Of a DNA stretch of 64,000 nucleotides, positions 7,407 to 17,741 are shown piece after piece. The DNA comes from a virus (lineage: Duplodnaviria; Caudoviricetes): the IMG/VR virus record IMGVR_UViG_3300044645_001661. One strand, given 5' to 3'. The translations under genes and the position numbers were made by a program. The stretch's first letter is position 1, and each line of letters opens with the position of its first letter. The notes under the pieces were generated by a model, which saw only the letters and a list, made by a program, of their open reading frames with translations, had not been told where the DNA came from and made no database searches.

Positions 7407-8066
7407 ATGAAGATCTTTTTAGATACCGCAGATGTTTCAATGATTAGTCCAGCATATGAGACTGGACTATTGGATGGAGTTACTACAAATCCCACTTTGA
7501 TTCTTAAAAGTGGTAGACAACTTCGAGAAGTTATTAACGAAATTTCGGATATATTTCCAAATTTAGAAAGCATTTCTGCTGAGGTAGTTGCAGACACTGC
7601 TGACGAAATGATTTCGCAAGCACAACAATATTACACAATCGCTCCTGCTGTTACAATCAAAGTCCCTTGTACTGTAGAAGGACTTAAAGTTTGCAAGTTT
7701 CTTTCCGATAAAGGAATTCAAGTTAATGTAACACTTGTGTTCTCAGTGGCACAAGCAATTCTTGCATCAAAGGCAGGAGCAACATTTATTTCACCATTTG
7801 TAGGTAGATGGATGGACAATTCCGTAGATGGAATTGAACTGATTAAAAATATTCGTACAGCATTTGATTATTCGGGAACATCTACACAAATTCTTGCAGC
7901 ATCTCTTCGTGATATAAGACAGGTAGAACAATCTGCTCTTTGTGGTGCTGATGTAGTTACAATTCCTCCCATTGTATTCTGGGCAATGTATAAGAACATT
8001 ATGACTGATAAGGGTTTGGAACTCTTCCAGAAAGATTGGGACTCTGTTTTAGATAATAAAAAATGA
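7407..8066 (+). CDS. talC: Transaldolase, phage TalC type (alternative start 7389)
   Basis: MKIFLDTAD, GVTTNPTLI, TIKVP, VNVTLVFS, ISPFVGR. Confidence 0.95.
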   Translation: MKIFLDTADVSMISPAYETGLLDGVTTNPTLILKSGRQLREVINEISDIFPNLESISAEVVADTADEMISQAQQYYTIAPAVTIKVPCTVEGLKVCKFLSDKGIQVNVTLVFSVAQAILASKAGATFISPFVGRWMDNSVDGIELIKNIRTAFDYSGTSTQILAASLRDIRQVEQSALCGADVVTIPPIVFWAMYKNIMTDKGLELFQKDWDSVLDNKK

Positions 8067-9394
8067 AATCAATAGTAATATTTGGGGCAACTGGTGACCT
8101 CTGTAAAAGGAAACTCATACCAGCACTTTATTCTCTTCACAAGAAAAATCTTTTACCAAAAGGATTTAAAATTATTGGTGCTTCTAGAACTAAACATAGT
8201 AAGGAGAGTTGGGTTGAGATTTTAGGACACTATTCTCAAGAGTTTATTAAACGACTTGATTATGTTCCTTGTGACTTAAGCGATTTAGAATCTTTAAAAC
8301 TGATAGATTCTTGCGATGACACCACTTATTTTCTATCAGTTCCTCCAGAAAGATATGTTGATGCAATTACTAATCTAAAAGAGGCAGGTAAATTAGATGA
8401 CGCAGAAAAATCTAGAGTCATTATTGAGAAACCTTTTGGCACCGATATTCAATCTGCTAATCATTTACAATCTGTGGTGGCTGGATATTTACGCGAAAAA
8501 CAAGTATATCGCATTGACCATTATCTGGGCAAAGATACTGTTAATAATATCCTTGCCACCCGCTTTAGCAATATATTATTGGAACCACTTTGGAACAGGA
8601 ACTTTATAGAAGAAGTTCAGATCTTTGCAACTGAAACGATTGGTTGTGAAGGTCGTGCCCAGTATTATGATACTGCTGGTGCCGTAAGAGATATGCTTCA
8701 AAACCATATGCTTCAGGTGCTTGCATTAATTGCAATGGAACCTCCTTGTAAAAATGATGCTAAAGAAATTCGCAGAGAGAAGGTTAAGGTTCTTGCTGCA
8801 ACTAGACTTGGTGATAATGTAGTTCTTGGACAATATGATGAATATAAAAATGAGGAAGGAGTAACTCAAGGTTCTCAAACTCCAACTTTTGTTGCTGGTG
8901 ATCTTTATATTGATAACTGGAGATGGAAAGGAGTTCCATTTCACTTTATGACAGGTAAAAAAATGCCCGTGAATTGTGTTGAGGTTGTGATTAAATTTAA
9001 GTCTCCACCACAACAATTATTTGATGGGCACGAATGCAACGATAGAATTGTAATGAGATTACAACCAGATCCACATTTGGATATGCGTATTGACATCAAA
9101 TCTCCTGGACTAAATGATAATGTAGAATCAGCAATTCTTCAGTATCATTATCCAGTAGAAAAAGCAATTGATGGTTATGTAAAACTTTTTTATGATGCAA
9201 TAAACGAAGATCAATCACACTTTGTTCATGCTGATGAGGTATTAGAATCTTGGAGAATTGTTGATGATCTTTTATGTACTGGAGATCATTGTCGTATTAT
9301 GACAATGCCATATCTTTATAATGAAGGTGTTTGGGGACCTTGGCAAAAAACAGAACTTATTACTAAGTGGGATTATCCACTCAAATTAAAATAG
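8063..9394 (+). CDS. zwf: Glucose-6-phosphate dehydrogenase
   Basis: IFGATGDL, EKPFG, RIDHYLGK, DMLQNH motifs. Confidence 0.97.
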   Translation: MKSIVIFGATGDLCKRKLIPALYSLHKKNLLPKGFKIIGASRTKHSKESWVEILGHYSQEFIKRLDYVPCDLSDLESLKLIDSCDDTTYFLSVPPERYVDAITNLKEAGKLDDAEKSRVIIEKPFGTDIQSANHLQSVVAGYLREKQVYRIDHYLGKDTVNNILATRFSNILLEPLWNRNFIEEVQIFATETIGCEGRAQYYDTAGAVRDMLQNHMLQVLALIAMEPPCKNDAKEIRREKVKVLAATRLGDNVVLGQYDEYKNEEGVTQGSQTPTFVAGDLYIDNWRWKGVPFHFMTGKKMPVNCVEVVIKFKSPPQQLFDGHECNDRIVMRLQPDPHLDMRIDIKSPGLNDNVESAILQYHYPVEKAIDGYVKLFYDAINEDQSHFVHADEVLESWRIVDDLLCTGDHCRIMTMPYLYNEGVWGPWQKTELITKWDYPLKLK

Positions 9395-9403
9395 GAGTAA
9401 AAA

Positions 9404-10438
9404 ATGAAAGTAGGAATGATTGGATTAGGGAGAATGGGCGAAGGAATGTCTCGTCGTATGATGAAGGCAGGAATAGAAGTCTGGGGTTATCGTAGAAATT
9501 ATGAAAAAGCACAAGAAGCATATGAAAACGGATATGTAGATGGAGTTGCAACTACTATCGAAAATCTTGTTAAAATAGTTAAACAAAAAATAAACGGTGG
9601 TAATCAACCAGGAATTTTCCAGATGGTTGTGCCAGCAGAAACAGTAGAGGAGACGATTAATGAGTTACTACGATATTGTAGTGAAGGAGATATTATTATT
9701 GATCATGGCAATAGCAATTTTAAAGACAGTCGGAAGAGAGCAGAACGCTTGGCAAAGCATGGCATCCAATATATTGATTGTGGCACTAGCGGTGGTGTTT
9801 ATGGTTTGGATCGTGGATACTGTCTTATGGTTGGAGGTGGAGATACTGCAGTCGCCACTTGTAAAAGCATTTTTAATTCCCTCTCCCCAGGAATTGACGC
9901 TGCCCCCAGGACTCAATTTGACTCAGACATAACTTCTGCTGAATACGGTTGGTTGCATTGTGGTGGTCCAGGTGCTGGACACTTTGTGAAGATGGTTCAT
10001 AATGGTATTGAGTATGGCATTATGCAGGCATATGCAGAAGGATTTAACATTATCAAGAACGCTAATGCAGGTGCTCAGTATGTCAGGGAAGGAGATGCAG
10101 AGGTTGCCCCTATGGCAGATCCAGAATCTTATTGCTATGATATTGATGTTGCTGAGGTTGCTGAGTTATGGCGTCGTGGTAGCGTGGTTGGGTCTTGGTT
10201 ACTCGATCTTACTGCTGATGTGCTACGCAGGGATGGTAGCCTTAAACAATTCTCTGGAGGTGTATCCGATAGTGGTGAGGGTCGTTGGACTGTTTCTGCC
10301 GCTGTGGATCTGGGGGTTCCCGCTCCTGTTATTACTACTGCCTTATTTGAAAGATTTAACTCACGCAATCTTGGATCGTTCGGAGCAAAAATCCTGAACG
10401 GAATGCGTTATATGTTTGGTGGTCATCATGTTAGGTAA
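9404..10438 (+). CDS. gnd: 6-phosphogluconate dehydrogenase (short form)
   Basis: GMIGLGRMG, DHGNS, DCGTSGG, VKMVHNGIEYG, SDSGEGRW. Confidence 0.97.
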   Translation: MKVGMIGLGRMGEGMSRRMMKAGIEVWGYRRNYEKAQEAYENGYVDGVATTIENLVKIVKQKINGGNQPGIFQMVVPAETVEETINELLRYCSEGDIIIDHGNSNFKDSRKRAERLAKHGIQYIDCGTSGGVYGLDRGYCLMVGGGDTAVATCKSIFNSLSPGIDAAPRTQFDSDITSAEYGWLHCGGPGAGHFVKMVHNGIEYGIMQAYAEGFNIIKNANAGAQYVREGDAEVAPMADPESYCYDIDVAEVAELWRRGSVVGSWLLDLTADVLRRDGSLKQFSGGVSDSGEGRWTVSAAVDLGVPAPVITTALFERFNSRNLGSFGAKILNGMRYMFGGHHVR

Positions 10439-10502
10439 CTAATTAACGATAAAAAGTGCTTGTAACAAATTTAAAATAAATATTCATAAGTTGCAAGCAC
10501 TT

Positions 10503-10874
10503 ATGAGACCTCTCCAATCGCCTCAAGAATACTTGTTCAATCTTCAAACAACAAGTCAATCTGAAGCAAAACGATTATGGAGAAAAGAAATAAAAGAAAG
10601 TTGGAATCATAAATGTGCTTATTGTGGTTCTGAAGAAAATTTAACTTTAGATCATGTTATCCCACAATCAAAAGGAGGTTTAGATATTACAAGAAATGTG
10701 GTATGTTGCTGCAAATCTTGTAATCAATCTAAAGGACATGAACATTGGAAATTGTGGTATGTCCAACAAGACTTCTACAATGAAGATAGTTTGAATAAAA
10801 TAGATGGATGGATGGAACCACCAAAACCTACAAATCTTTATAGTTATCGCCCAAGAAGAAATAATGCATCATGA
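10503..10874 (+). CDS. Free-standing HNH endonuclease
   Basis: CAYCG..LTLDHVIPQSKGG..NVVCCCKSCNQSKG. Confidence 0.9.
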   Translation: MRPLQSPQEYLFNLQTTSQSEAKRLWRKEIKESWNHKCAYCGSEENLTLDHVIPQSKGGLDITRNVVCCCKSCNQSKGHEHWKLWYVQQDFYNEDSLNKIDGWMEPPKPTNLYSYRPRRNNAS

Positions 10875-10984
10875 TTAATTCAACAACTCCGTATAAACTA
10901 GCAGAAATTATTAGAGATACTTGGCCAAATTTATATAATCCACCAAAAAATTATAAATCACCTCCTAAAGATAAATCTAAATAA
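10871..10984 (+). CDS. 37-aa hypothetical protein (missed by ORF track)
   Basis: MINSTTPYKLAEIIRDTWPNLYNPP..; ATGA overlap with the HNH stop. Confidence 0.55.
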   Translation: MINSTTPYKLAEIIRDTWPNLYNPPKNYKSPPKDKSK

Positions 10985-11005
10985 AAACAATATTATAACT
11001 TTAAT

Positions 11006-11842
11006 ATGGATACATTAATAGAAAGATTGGTTTCTAAAATAGAATCATTAGAAAAAAAGATAGAAAATATAGAAAAAGAAGTATTTTTAGATTCGGATAA
11101 ACCGACATGGGTTTTAAACGATAATTTACCATGTCCATTTTATCCAAAAAAAGTAGAAGAAAATACTAAAATTGTTAGAGTAAAAGACAATTATTTTTAT
11201 ACTGCATATAATCTTTTCGATAGAGTAACTATCAAAAATATGCGTGAAGACTGTGACAGACAATTCAATAAAACAAATCAAACTCCATTAAGGGGAAAAC
11301 AAAACAGTGGATGTATTATAGATTGTCATGGGCACCATTTATCAAACAGTCCAGAATATCCATATAAAGAAAATTGTTGGAATACCTTTTGTATGACAGC
11401 AAAAAAGCATGTAATTAATTATTGTATTCATGCTGGAATTGATCCAGAAAAAATAATTCCACATTCTTGTTGGTCTTCTAGAATGGTGGATTATGAAGAT
11501 CCTGATAATTACTTAACTTTAGAATGGAATAATAGTACTGATAATGTAATTAATAAACATTTAATTGGTGTTGTATACTATTTGTCAAATCCAGATCCAA
11601 AATATGGAACTTATGTTTCCATAGAAAAACCAAAAATAAAAGGATTATTTAATTCTAAAAATACTTATTATAATGAGGGTATTGAAAATTCATTTTTTAT
11701 TTTTGATGTTGGTAAATCAATTCATTCGGATATGATACCCAAATTGAATGAGTTAAAGAGAAAACCAAAATATGTTATTAGATTCGATTGGTATATAAAT
11801 TTTCCATACAATAAACCCTCTTGGGAACTTCCAAAAATATAA
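11006..11842 (+). CDS. Hypothetical protein, possibly a divergent 2OG-Fe(II) oxygenase fold
   Basis: AT-rich ORF; GVVYYL..GT..HS..R pattern resembles a jelly-roll oxygenase. Confidence 0.45.
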   Translation: MDTLIERLVSKIESLEKKIENIEKEVFLDSDKPTWVLNDNLPCPFYPKKVEENTKIVRVKDNYFYTAYNLFDRVTIKNMREDCDRQFNKTNQTPLRGKQNSGCIIDCHGHHLSNSPEYPYKENCWNTFCMTAKKHVINYCIHAGIDPEKIIPHSCWSSRMVDYEDPDNYLTLEWNNSTDNVINKHLIGVVYYLSNPDPKYGTYVSIEKPKIKGLFNSKNTYYNEGIENSFFIFDVGKSIHSDMIPKLNELKRKPKYVIRFDWYINFPYNKPSWELPKI

Positions 11843-11844
11843 TA

Positions 11845-12459
11845 TTAATATCCTAAAATTTCATAATCTTGAGCATAATATTCTTTTACTAAAGATTCTA
11901 TTTTTGCATTTGTTTTTAATTTATTTTCTTGTAATTCTGCAGGATCTCCATAATATGAATATTCTCTTACTTCTACATTATCATTAAATTGTTGATTAAA
12001 CCATTCAATAAAATTCTTTGTTAATCCATCCTCAAATTTATAGATTAATGTTTTATCGCTTAGAAATTCATTTTGTGATCTCATCCAATTTGAATTATAT
12101 CTTTTGGTAATGGCATGATATTCAATAAAATGCTTTAATCCACCTTCAGTTTCTAAAGAAGAAATAACCTGATCTTCCATATCGGAATACCATTCATTGA
12201 TCATGCAATGTGCGGCGGAAGCGAATCTGGTAAAAGGATTTCTAACAATTGCAAATTGTTTAGCATTTTCAACGTCTTCTAACATTTCATATAATGGATA
12301 ATGTAAATGCATAATGCTAATCCCGTAGATTGATTGATCATAATCTGTGTGATAAAGATTGTATCCATTATTAGATAAAACTTCTTTAATATATCTTCCA
12401 CCAGTTCTGGGAATATGAATGTGAAATGCTTTGATATCCTCTTTTACAAATAAAGTCAT
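11845..12459 (-). CDS. Sulfotransferase family protein
   Basis: FHIHIPRTGG (5'-PSB) and FAIVRNPFTRFAS (3'-PB) motifs. Confidence 0.8.
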   Translation of the reverse strand: MTLFVKEDIKAFHIHIPRTGGRYIKEVLSNNGYNLYHTDYDQSIYGISIMHLHYPLYEMLEDVENAKQFAIVRNPFTRFASAAHCMINEWYSDMEDQVISSLETEGGLKHFIEYHAITKRYNSNWMRSQNEFLSDKTLIYKFEDGLTKNFIEWFNQQFNDNVEVREYSYYGDPAELQENKLKTNAKIESLVKEYYAQDYEILGY

Positions 12460-12504
12460 TTTTATTTCCTACCATTGACCTTATTATACAGTATAAATTC
12501 AAAT

Positions 12505-12581
12505 TTGACACTACCCCCGAATATCGCTAAAATACCTTTGTTAGGGTTGAATAAATATAGCTAGCTACAATACTATAAATA
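12505..12581 (+). promoter_or_regulatory. Sigma70-like promoter plus T4 late promoter at the start of the structural block
   Basis: TTGACA (12505-12510), 17 nt, TAAAAT; TATAAATA at 12574-12581. Confidence 0.6.
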
Positions 12582-12605
12582 TTTGAAACCCTTAGAAGAA
12601 GTATA

Positions 12606-12941
12606 ATGGCAGCAATACCCTTAAATCTTACTATTGAACAGGGTGCAGATTTTCAGATAAATTTGACTGTTAGAAATAAAGATGGCACACCATTAAATCT
12701 TTTGGGATATACTGCTTCTAGTAATTTGAGAAAGCATCATACATCAACAACTACGTATCCTTTTATTCTTACTTTTGTTGATAGGATTAATGGAAGAATA
12801 TCTTTAGAAATGTCAGATGCTGTCACGGCAACTTTGACTGAGGGAAGATATGTGTATGATATTTTTATTGAATCATCTAATGGCAAAAAGACAAAAGTAG
12901 TTTATGGGATGGCATTAGTATCTCCAGGAGTTAGCTTCTAA
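12606..12941 (+). CDS. Virion structural protein (BppU/Ig-like baseplate-type domain)
   Basis: LTIEQGADF..GYTA..LRK..GRYVYDI pattern; late promoter upstream. Confidence 0.6.
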   Translation: MAAIPLNLTIEQGADFQINLTVRNKDGTPLNLLGYTASSNLRKHHTSTTTYPFILTFVDRINGRISLEMSDAVTATLTEGRYVYDIFIESSNGKKTKVVYGMALVSPGVSF

Positions 12942-13651
12942 TGTCTGATTTTATAGTAACGGTTGATGATGGTTTATATGATGTTACGATTGATCCAGGA
13001 TTACAACGATATAATCTTGGAGTCAATTATGAAATACCATCAAAATCAACACAGTATAGTAATCTTCTTCTAGATAATATATCAGCATCTTTTAATGGAA
13101 CTTCTCAAACATTTCCATTAACTGTCAATGGTGAACCATATTCCCCTTTAAATGAACAACAATTAATTATTTCTATTAATGATATTGTTTTAAATCCTGG
13201 TGTAGATTATCAAATATCTGGTAGTAATATTCATTTTACTATACCTCCATCTAATGGAGATGTATTTTTTGGGGTTGCGATGGCAACCACCGCAGATCTT
13301 ACAAGAACTATTAATTTTGTTCTTGATAGTGGATCTGAAGATATTTCAGCAGGATCTAAAGGACAACTTGGTATTGATGTAACTGGAAGAATAGAATCCT
13401 GGGTTTTAGTTTCTGAGAATGTAGGATCAATAGTCATTGATATCCAAAAAGATAGATATGACACCTTCCCAGATAATCTTACCTCTATTGTTGGATCTGA
13501 ATATCCAAGATTAAGTAATCAACTTAAAAATAGAGATGAAGATCTTACAACTTGGAACACAATAATTACTGCAGGAGACATTTTAGACTTTAGTGTTGTA
13601 TCTTGTTCTGGAATTAAAAAATGTTCTCTATTTCTTAGACTTTTACTTTGA
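12941..13651 (+). CDS. Virion structural protein
   Basis: LDNISASFNG..FPLT..QLIISIN..Q/NPGVDY motif typical of cyanophage structural proteins. Confidence 0.55.
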   Translation: MSDFIVTVDDGLYDVTIDPGLQRYNLGVNYEIPSKSTQYSNLLLDNISASFNGTSQTFPLTVNGEPYSPLNEQQLIISINDIVLNPGVDYQISGSNIHFTIPPSNGDVFFGVAMATTADLTRTINFVLDSGSEDISAGSKGQLGIDVTGRIESWVLVSENVGSIVIDIQKDRYDTFPDNLTSIVGSEYPRLSNQLKNRDEDLTTWNTIITAGDILDFSVVSCSGIKKCSLFLRLLL

Positions 13652-13668
13652 TACAATTATTAAAATCT

Positions 13669-13676
13669 TATAAATA
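13669..13676 (+). promoter_or_regulatory. T4-type late promoter
   Basis: Exact TATAAATA upstream of ORF 13713. Confidence 0.7.
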
Positions 13677-13712
13677 AAAACATAACGGATAACTGTAACG
13701 GAGACCTTTCAA

Positions 13713-15092
13713 ATGGCTTTATTAGTATCAGACAGTGGTGAATTACAGTCATTGAGATATCTGGTAAATAGCAATCGCAATATTCCAAAGAATTTAATTC
13801 TGAAGCTTTTTACTAGCAACACCACTCCAGCTGAGAGTGATGTTCCAACTCAATTGAAGTATTATGAACCATATGACGCATCTGGATCTGTTGGTTATGG
13901 AACCGCAGCAAGCACTGGATATCCTTTAGTAATTAATAATAGAAACGACGAAGATTATTCAAGACAATACGGTATTCTTCTGAATGGTAGTCAGTGGAAT
14001 GTAAGAACAATTGTTACCCCAATTGCAACTCCAACTGGAAGTGGTAACATCAACGAATATACCATTACCGTATCTTCAACAACCAATATTGCTGTTGGTC
14101 ATTATGTATCTGGTGGTGGTGTAGGTTCTAATGCAACTGTTGCTGCAATTGACGGTAACGTAATTGTCCTTACTGTTAAGAACGCATCTACATTCAGCAA
14201 CCAAGCACTAGAGTTTGGTAGAGGAACAACAACTGCTTCTTATACTGAGCAGACCTTTACCTTTACATCTGCTGCTAATAACTGCTATGGTTATTATCTG
14301 GTAAGGGCAAATAACATGCCTGTTGCTTTAAACGGTGTTCTTCATGCCGCTTCAGTTGGTATTGGTTCTACTGTATCTAAAGCACAAACTAGTGGAACAA
14401 TTGGTCAATCTTATGTAACTCTGTTCCCATTCAAGTCTGAACCAACTGCAACTGGTATCGGATCAGAATTTACAATTACTGTATCCAGCAATGCTGGCAT
14501 TACTACTAGCCAAAGAGTTATTGGTGTAGGTATTGCTTCTGGTGCAACAGTTGTTGGTATCATGAATACTACAACTATTGTTCTTAGTAAGAAAAATACA
14601 GGATCTGTAAGCGGTGTTACAACATTCTACAGAAATGTTACTGAAGATCTCTGTGTAGGTATGGGTGTTACCCATGGATTCCTTGCTGGAGAAACTGACG
14701 CTATTCCTGCTGGAACTGTTGTCACTGGTATTGATGAAAAAACTGGTATTGTATATCTGAGTAATGAACTCGATAACAACATTCAGTCTGCGACTGGTAA
14801 CATCGTTTACTTTAACTTCAGTCAAGTTACTGCTACTGATCATGGATTAGTTCCTGGTGATGTAATTTATATTGCTGCTGGTGCTGCAAACACAACTACA
14901 ACATCCGCAACTTATACAATCTTTGAGACTCCAAATACTAATACCTTTAGAACTGTTCCTGCCCTATCTGGTATTGGAAGTGCTACTCTTTATAGCAGCA
15001 TCTTCTTCGCAGAAAGATTCACAAACGGTCCTTACAACATTCAGAACAACGGTGACCAAATCAAGGTTACTCTGAATATCAGCCTCGACTGA
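13713..15092 (+). CDS. Virion structural protein (Thr/Gly-rich, beta-rich)
   Basis: Composition, late promoter, internal GxGVGxxATV repeats. Confidence 0.6.
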   Translation: MALLVSDSGELQSLRYLVNSNRNIPKNLILKLFTSNTTPAESDVPTQLKYYEPYDASGSVGYGTAASTGYPLVINNRNDEDYSRQYGILLNGSQWNVRTIVTPIATPTGSGNINEYTITVSSTTNIAVGHYVSGGGVGSNATVAAIDGNVIVLTVKNASTFSNQALEFGRGTTTASYTEQTFTFTSAANNCYGYYLVRANNMPVALNGVLHAASVGIGSTVSKAQTSGTIGQSYVTLFPFKSEPTATGIGSEFTITVSSNAGITTSQRVIGVGIASGATVVGIMNTTTIVLSKKNTGSVSGVTTFYRNVTEDLCVGMGVTHGFLAGETDAIPAGTVVTGIDEKTGIVYLSNELDNNIQSATGNIVYFNFSQVTATDHGLVPGDVIYIAAGAANTTTTSATYTIFETPNTNTFRTVPALSGIGSATLYSSIFFAERFTNGPYNIQNNGDQIKVTLNISLD

Positions 15093-15116
15093 TTTACACT
15101 GCTTGATATCTTTGTT

Positions 15117-15153
15117 ATGGGGGGATTGCCAAAGCGATCCCTCCTATTTTTTT
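15117..15153 (+). terminator. Intrinsic terminator
   Basis: GGGGGGAT..ATCCCTCC stem followed by T-tract. Confidence 0.6.
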
Positions 15154-15173
15154 ATCGGAGATAAGGGAATACT

Positions 15174-17735
15174 ATGCCAGCACGTAATGTAGGTATAAAT
15201 TCAACGTTTGAACAGCAACGACAAGTCATCAATTCAATTGCTGTGGATGTTTTTACTTTAACATCCTCTATTGTTGGATTTGGTAGTACTGGAATAACTG
15301 TTGATGTTGATTATGCACCAAATGCTGGTGTCGCAACTTATTCGCAAACCTCTGGTATTGCTACTTATGCTGCTACTGCAGGAATAGTTTCTTATGCTAA
15401 TTTAGCTGGAGTTGCAACATATGCATCAACTTCTGGATCTGCTGTTCAAGCACAAACTGCAGCATTTGCTGATGTTGTTGGTGTAGCGTCTTATTCATCA
15501 ATTTCTGGTATTGCAACGTATGCTGTAGTTTCTGGCGTTGCTACTTATGCTTCTGTTTCTGGAATATCAACATATTCCTCATTATCTGGATCTGCTTCTA
15601 TAGCGAGTTATTCTCCTGTTGCTGGATTTGCCACTGTTGCTGCTAATCTAACAGGAGTACCAAATCTTAATGTTGGAATTCTTACTGCCAGTAAATTTGT
15701 TGCTGATGATGCAGAGTTTACTGGAATATTAACAGCACAAAGTCTTAAGTCAAGTTCTGGTTATATTCTTTCTCCTGATAATCAACAATCAATAAGAATT
15801 TTCAGTAGTAGTGGATCAGTATCATTCCCATTAGGTATTGGGTCAGATATTAATGTTGTTGGTATTATAACTGGTACAAAATTATATGGTGATGCTTCTA
15901 ATGTAACTGGAATCGTTACTGATGGCATCTCATCTATTGTTGCTGGTGGTAATATAATTGTTCAGCAAACAGGGAATGTTGCTATTGTAACTGCTGTATT
16001 GGCAGGTGGTGGAGGAGGATTTTTTGAAGGCGGAACTGCTGGAATTGGAACAACATCTGCAGTTGGAATTGGAACAACTATACCAACAGAAAAATTAACA
16101 GTTAAAGGTAATGTTTCTGTTACTGGTAATATTATTCTTACTGGAGAAATAAGTTCTCCAACTAGAATTAAGTTTGGTAGTGGTGGGGAAAATATAAAGA
16201 TTGGTGATTTAACAGGTGGTTATGGTTCTGCAAACGTTGCGATTGGAGATCAGGCATTAGGATTAAACAATAGTGGTCTTGGTCATAATATTGCTATTGG
16301 ACAACTTTCCTATTATGCAGTAACTTCTGGACAATATAACATTGGACTTGGAGATCGTGCTGGACAAAATTTAACTACTGGATCTTATAATGTAATCATT
16401 GGTTCTTATAATGGACAGACTGGATTAGATATTAGAACATCATCAAATAATGTAGTCATTGCTGATGGTGCGGGTAATATTCGTCAGTATATTAATTCAA
16501 ATGGTAATGTTGGATTTGGTACAATCGATCCATCAGATAGATTAACTGTTTCTGGTAGAATACAGATACAACAAGATTCTGGTTCCAATAATAGAATTGT
16601 TTTTAGAGGACAACCATCATCCTCTTATCGTTGGAGTATTGATAACTACTCATCCAATAATGAGTTTAGAATTTTTAGAGAAGATGATGCAACTGCTGCA
16701 AATGGTTTTGTTGCTGTTAGTATAAGTACTACTGGAACTTTAAATGCTACTAAATTTTCTGGAGATGGATCTTTATTAACTGGAATTACTGCTCTAGGGT
16801 CTGGAATTCAAATCAAAGATGATGATGTTCTTGTAGGAACTGCAGCAACAGTAAATTTTGGATCTAACTTAAATGTTACTCTTTCCTCTGGCATTGCTAC
16901 TGTCTCTGGGAATGGATTGGCAACTTATGCAAATATATCTGGTATTGCAACTTATGCATCTACTGCTGGGATTTCTACAACTTCTTCTTATGCAACTTCA
17001 TCAGGAATTTCTACTTATGCTAGTTCAGCAGGAATCTCTACTTACGCAACTTCATCGGGAATATCTTCTAGTTTAATTGCTACAGCAAGTGTCAATACTT
17101 CTGGAATTATTACAGCATCTTCCTTCTCTGGATCTGGTTCTGGACTTACAAATCTTCCAGCTGCACAACTTACAGGATCACTGCCAGCAATTGATGGTTC
17201 TGCTTTAATAAATGTAACTGCATCTGGAACTGGTATTGTAGTTGAAGATGATAATGTAAATGTTGGATCTGCAGTAACAGTCAATTTTGGAACTGGACTT
17301 GATGTTACATTCAGTTCTGGTATTGCAACCGTATCATCATCTGGTGGTTCACTACAATCTAGAATAACAGTTAGTGGAGTAACTACATCAATTCCTAATC
17401 TTGGGATTGGTAATACTGATATTACTGGATTTAAATCTTATTCATTAATGAAAGTTGGATTATCTACCGCAGGATGGATAAGACTATATACTGATAGTAC
17501 ATCTAGAACGAACGATGTGACCAGAAGTGTTGGAGAAGATCCAGCACCTGGAAGTGGAGTGATTGTTGAGGTTGTAACTACTGGAATATCAACTCAACAA
17601 ATAATTACTCCTTTTGTTATGGGTGGCAATATGGATACTCCCGTCACCGATAAAATTTATGTTGCTATAACCAATTTATCTGGTTCGACGCAAACAATCA
17701 CCGCAAATCTCACCATTCTTCAACTGGAGGCATAA
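15174..17735 (+). CDS. Tail-fibre-like protein with GIATYA repeats and YadA-head-like repeats
   Basis: Two blocks of ~9-aa (S/A)GI(A/S)TYA repeats; NVAIG/NIAIG/NIGLG/NVIIG repeats; GIGTT.P.EKLTV.G motif. Confidence 0.7.
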   Translation: MPARNVGINSTFEQQRQVINSIAVDVFTLTSSIVGFGSTGITVDVDYAPNAGVATYSQTSGIATYAATAGIVSYANLAGVATYASTSGSAVQAQTAAFADVVGVASYSSISGIATYAVVSGVATYASVSGISTYSSLSGSASIASYSPVAGFATVAANLTGVPNLNVGILTASKFVADDAEFTGILTAQSLKSSSGYILSPDNQQSIRIFSSSGSVSFPLGIGSDINVVGIITGTKLYGDASNVTGIVTDGISSIVAGGNIIVQQTGNVAIVTAVLAGGGGGFFEGGTAGIGTTSAVGIGTTIPTEKLTVKGNVSVTGNIILTGEISSPTRIKFGSGGENIKIGDLTGGYGSANVAIGDQALGLNNSGLGHNIAIGQLSYYAVTSGQYNIGLGDRAGQNLTTGSYNVIIGSYNGQTGLDIRTSSNNVVIADGAGNIRQYINSNGNVGFGTIDPSDRLTVSGRIQIQQDSGSNNRIVFRGQPSSSYRWSIDNYSSNNEFRIFREDDATAANGFVAVSISTTGTLNATKFSGDGSLLTGITALGSGIQIKDDDVLVGTAATVNFGSNLNVTLSSGIATVSGNGLATYANISGIATYASTAGISTTSSYATSSGISTYASSAGISTYATSSGISSSLIATASVNTSGIITASSFSGSGSGLTNLPAAQLTGSLPAIDGSALINVTASGTGIVVEDDNVNVGSAVTVNFGTGLDVTFSSGIATVSSSGGSLQSRITVSGVTTSIPNLGIGNTDITGFKSYSLMKVGLSTAGWIRLYTDSTSRTNDVTRSVGEDPAPGSGVIVEVVTTGISTQQIITPFVMGGNMDTPVTDKIYVAITNLSGSTQTITANLTILQLEA

Positions 17736-17741
17736 GGATAA

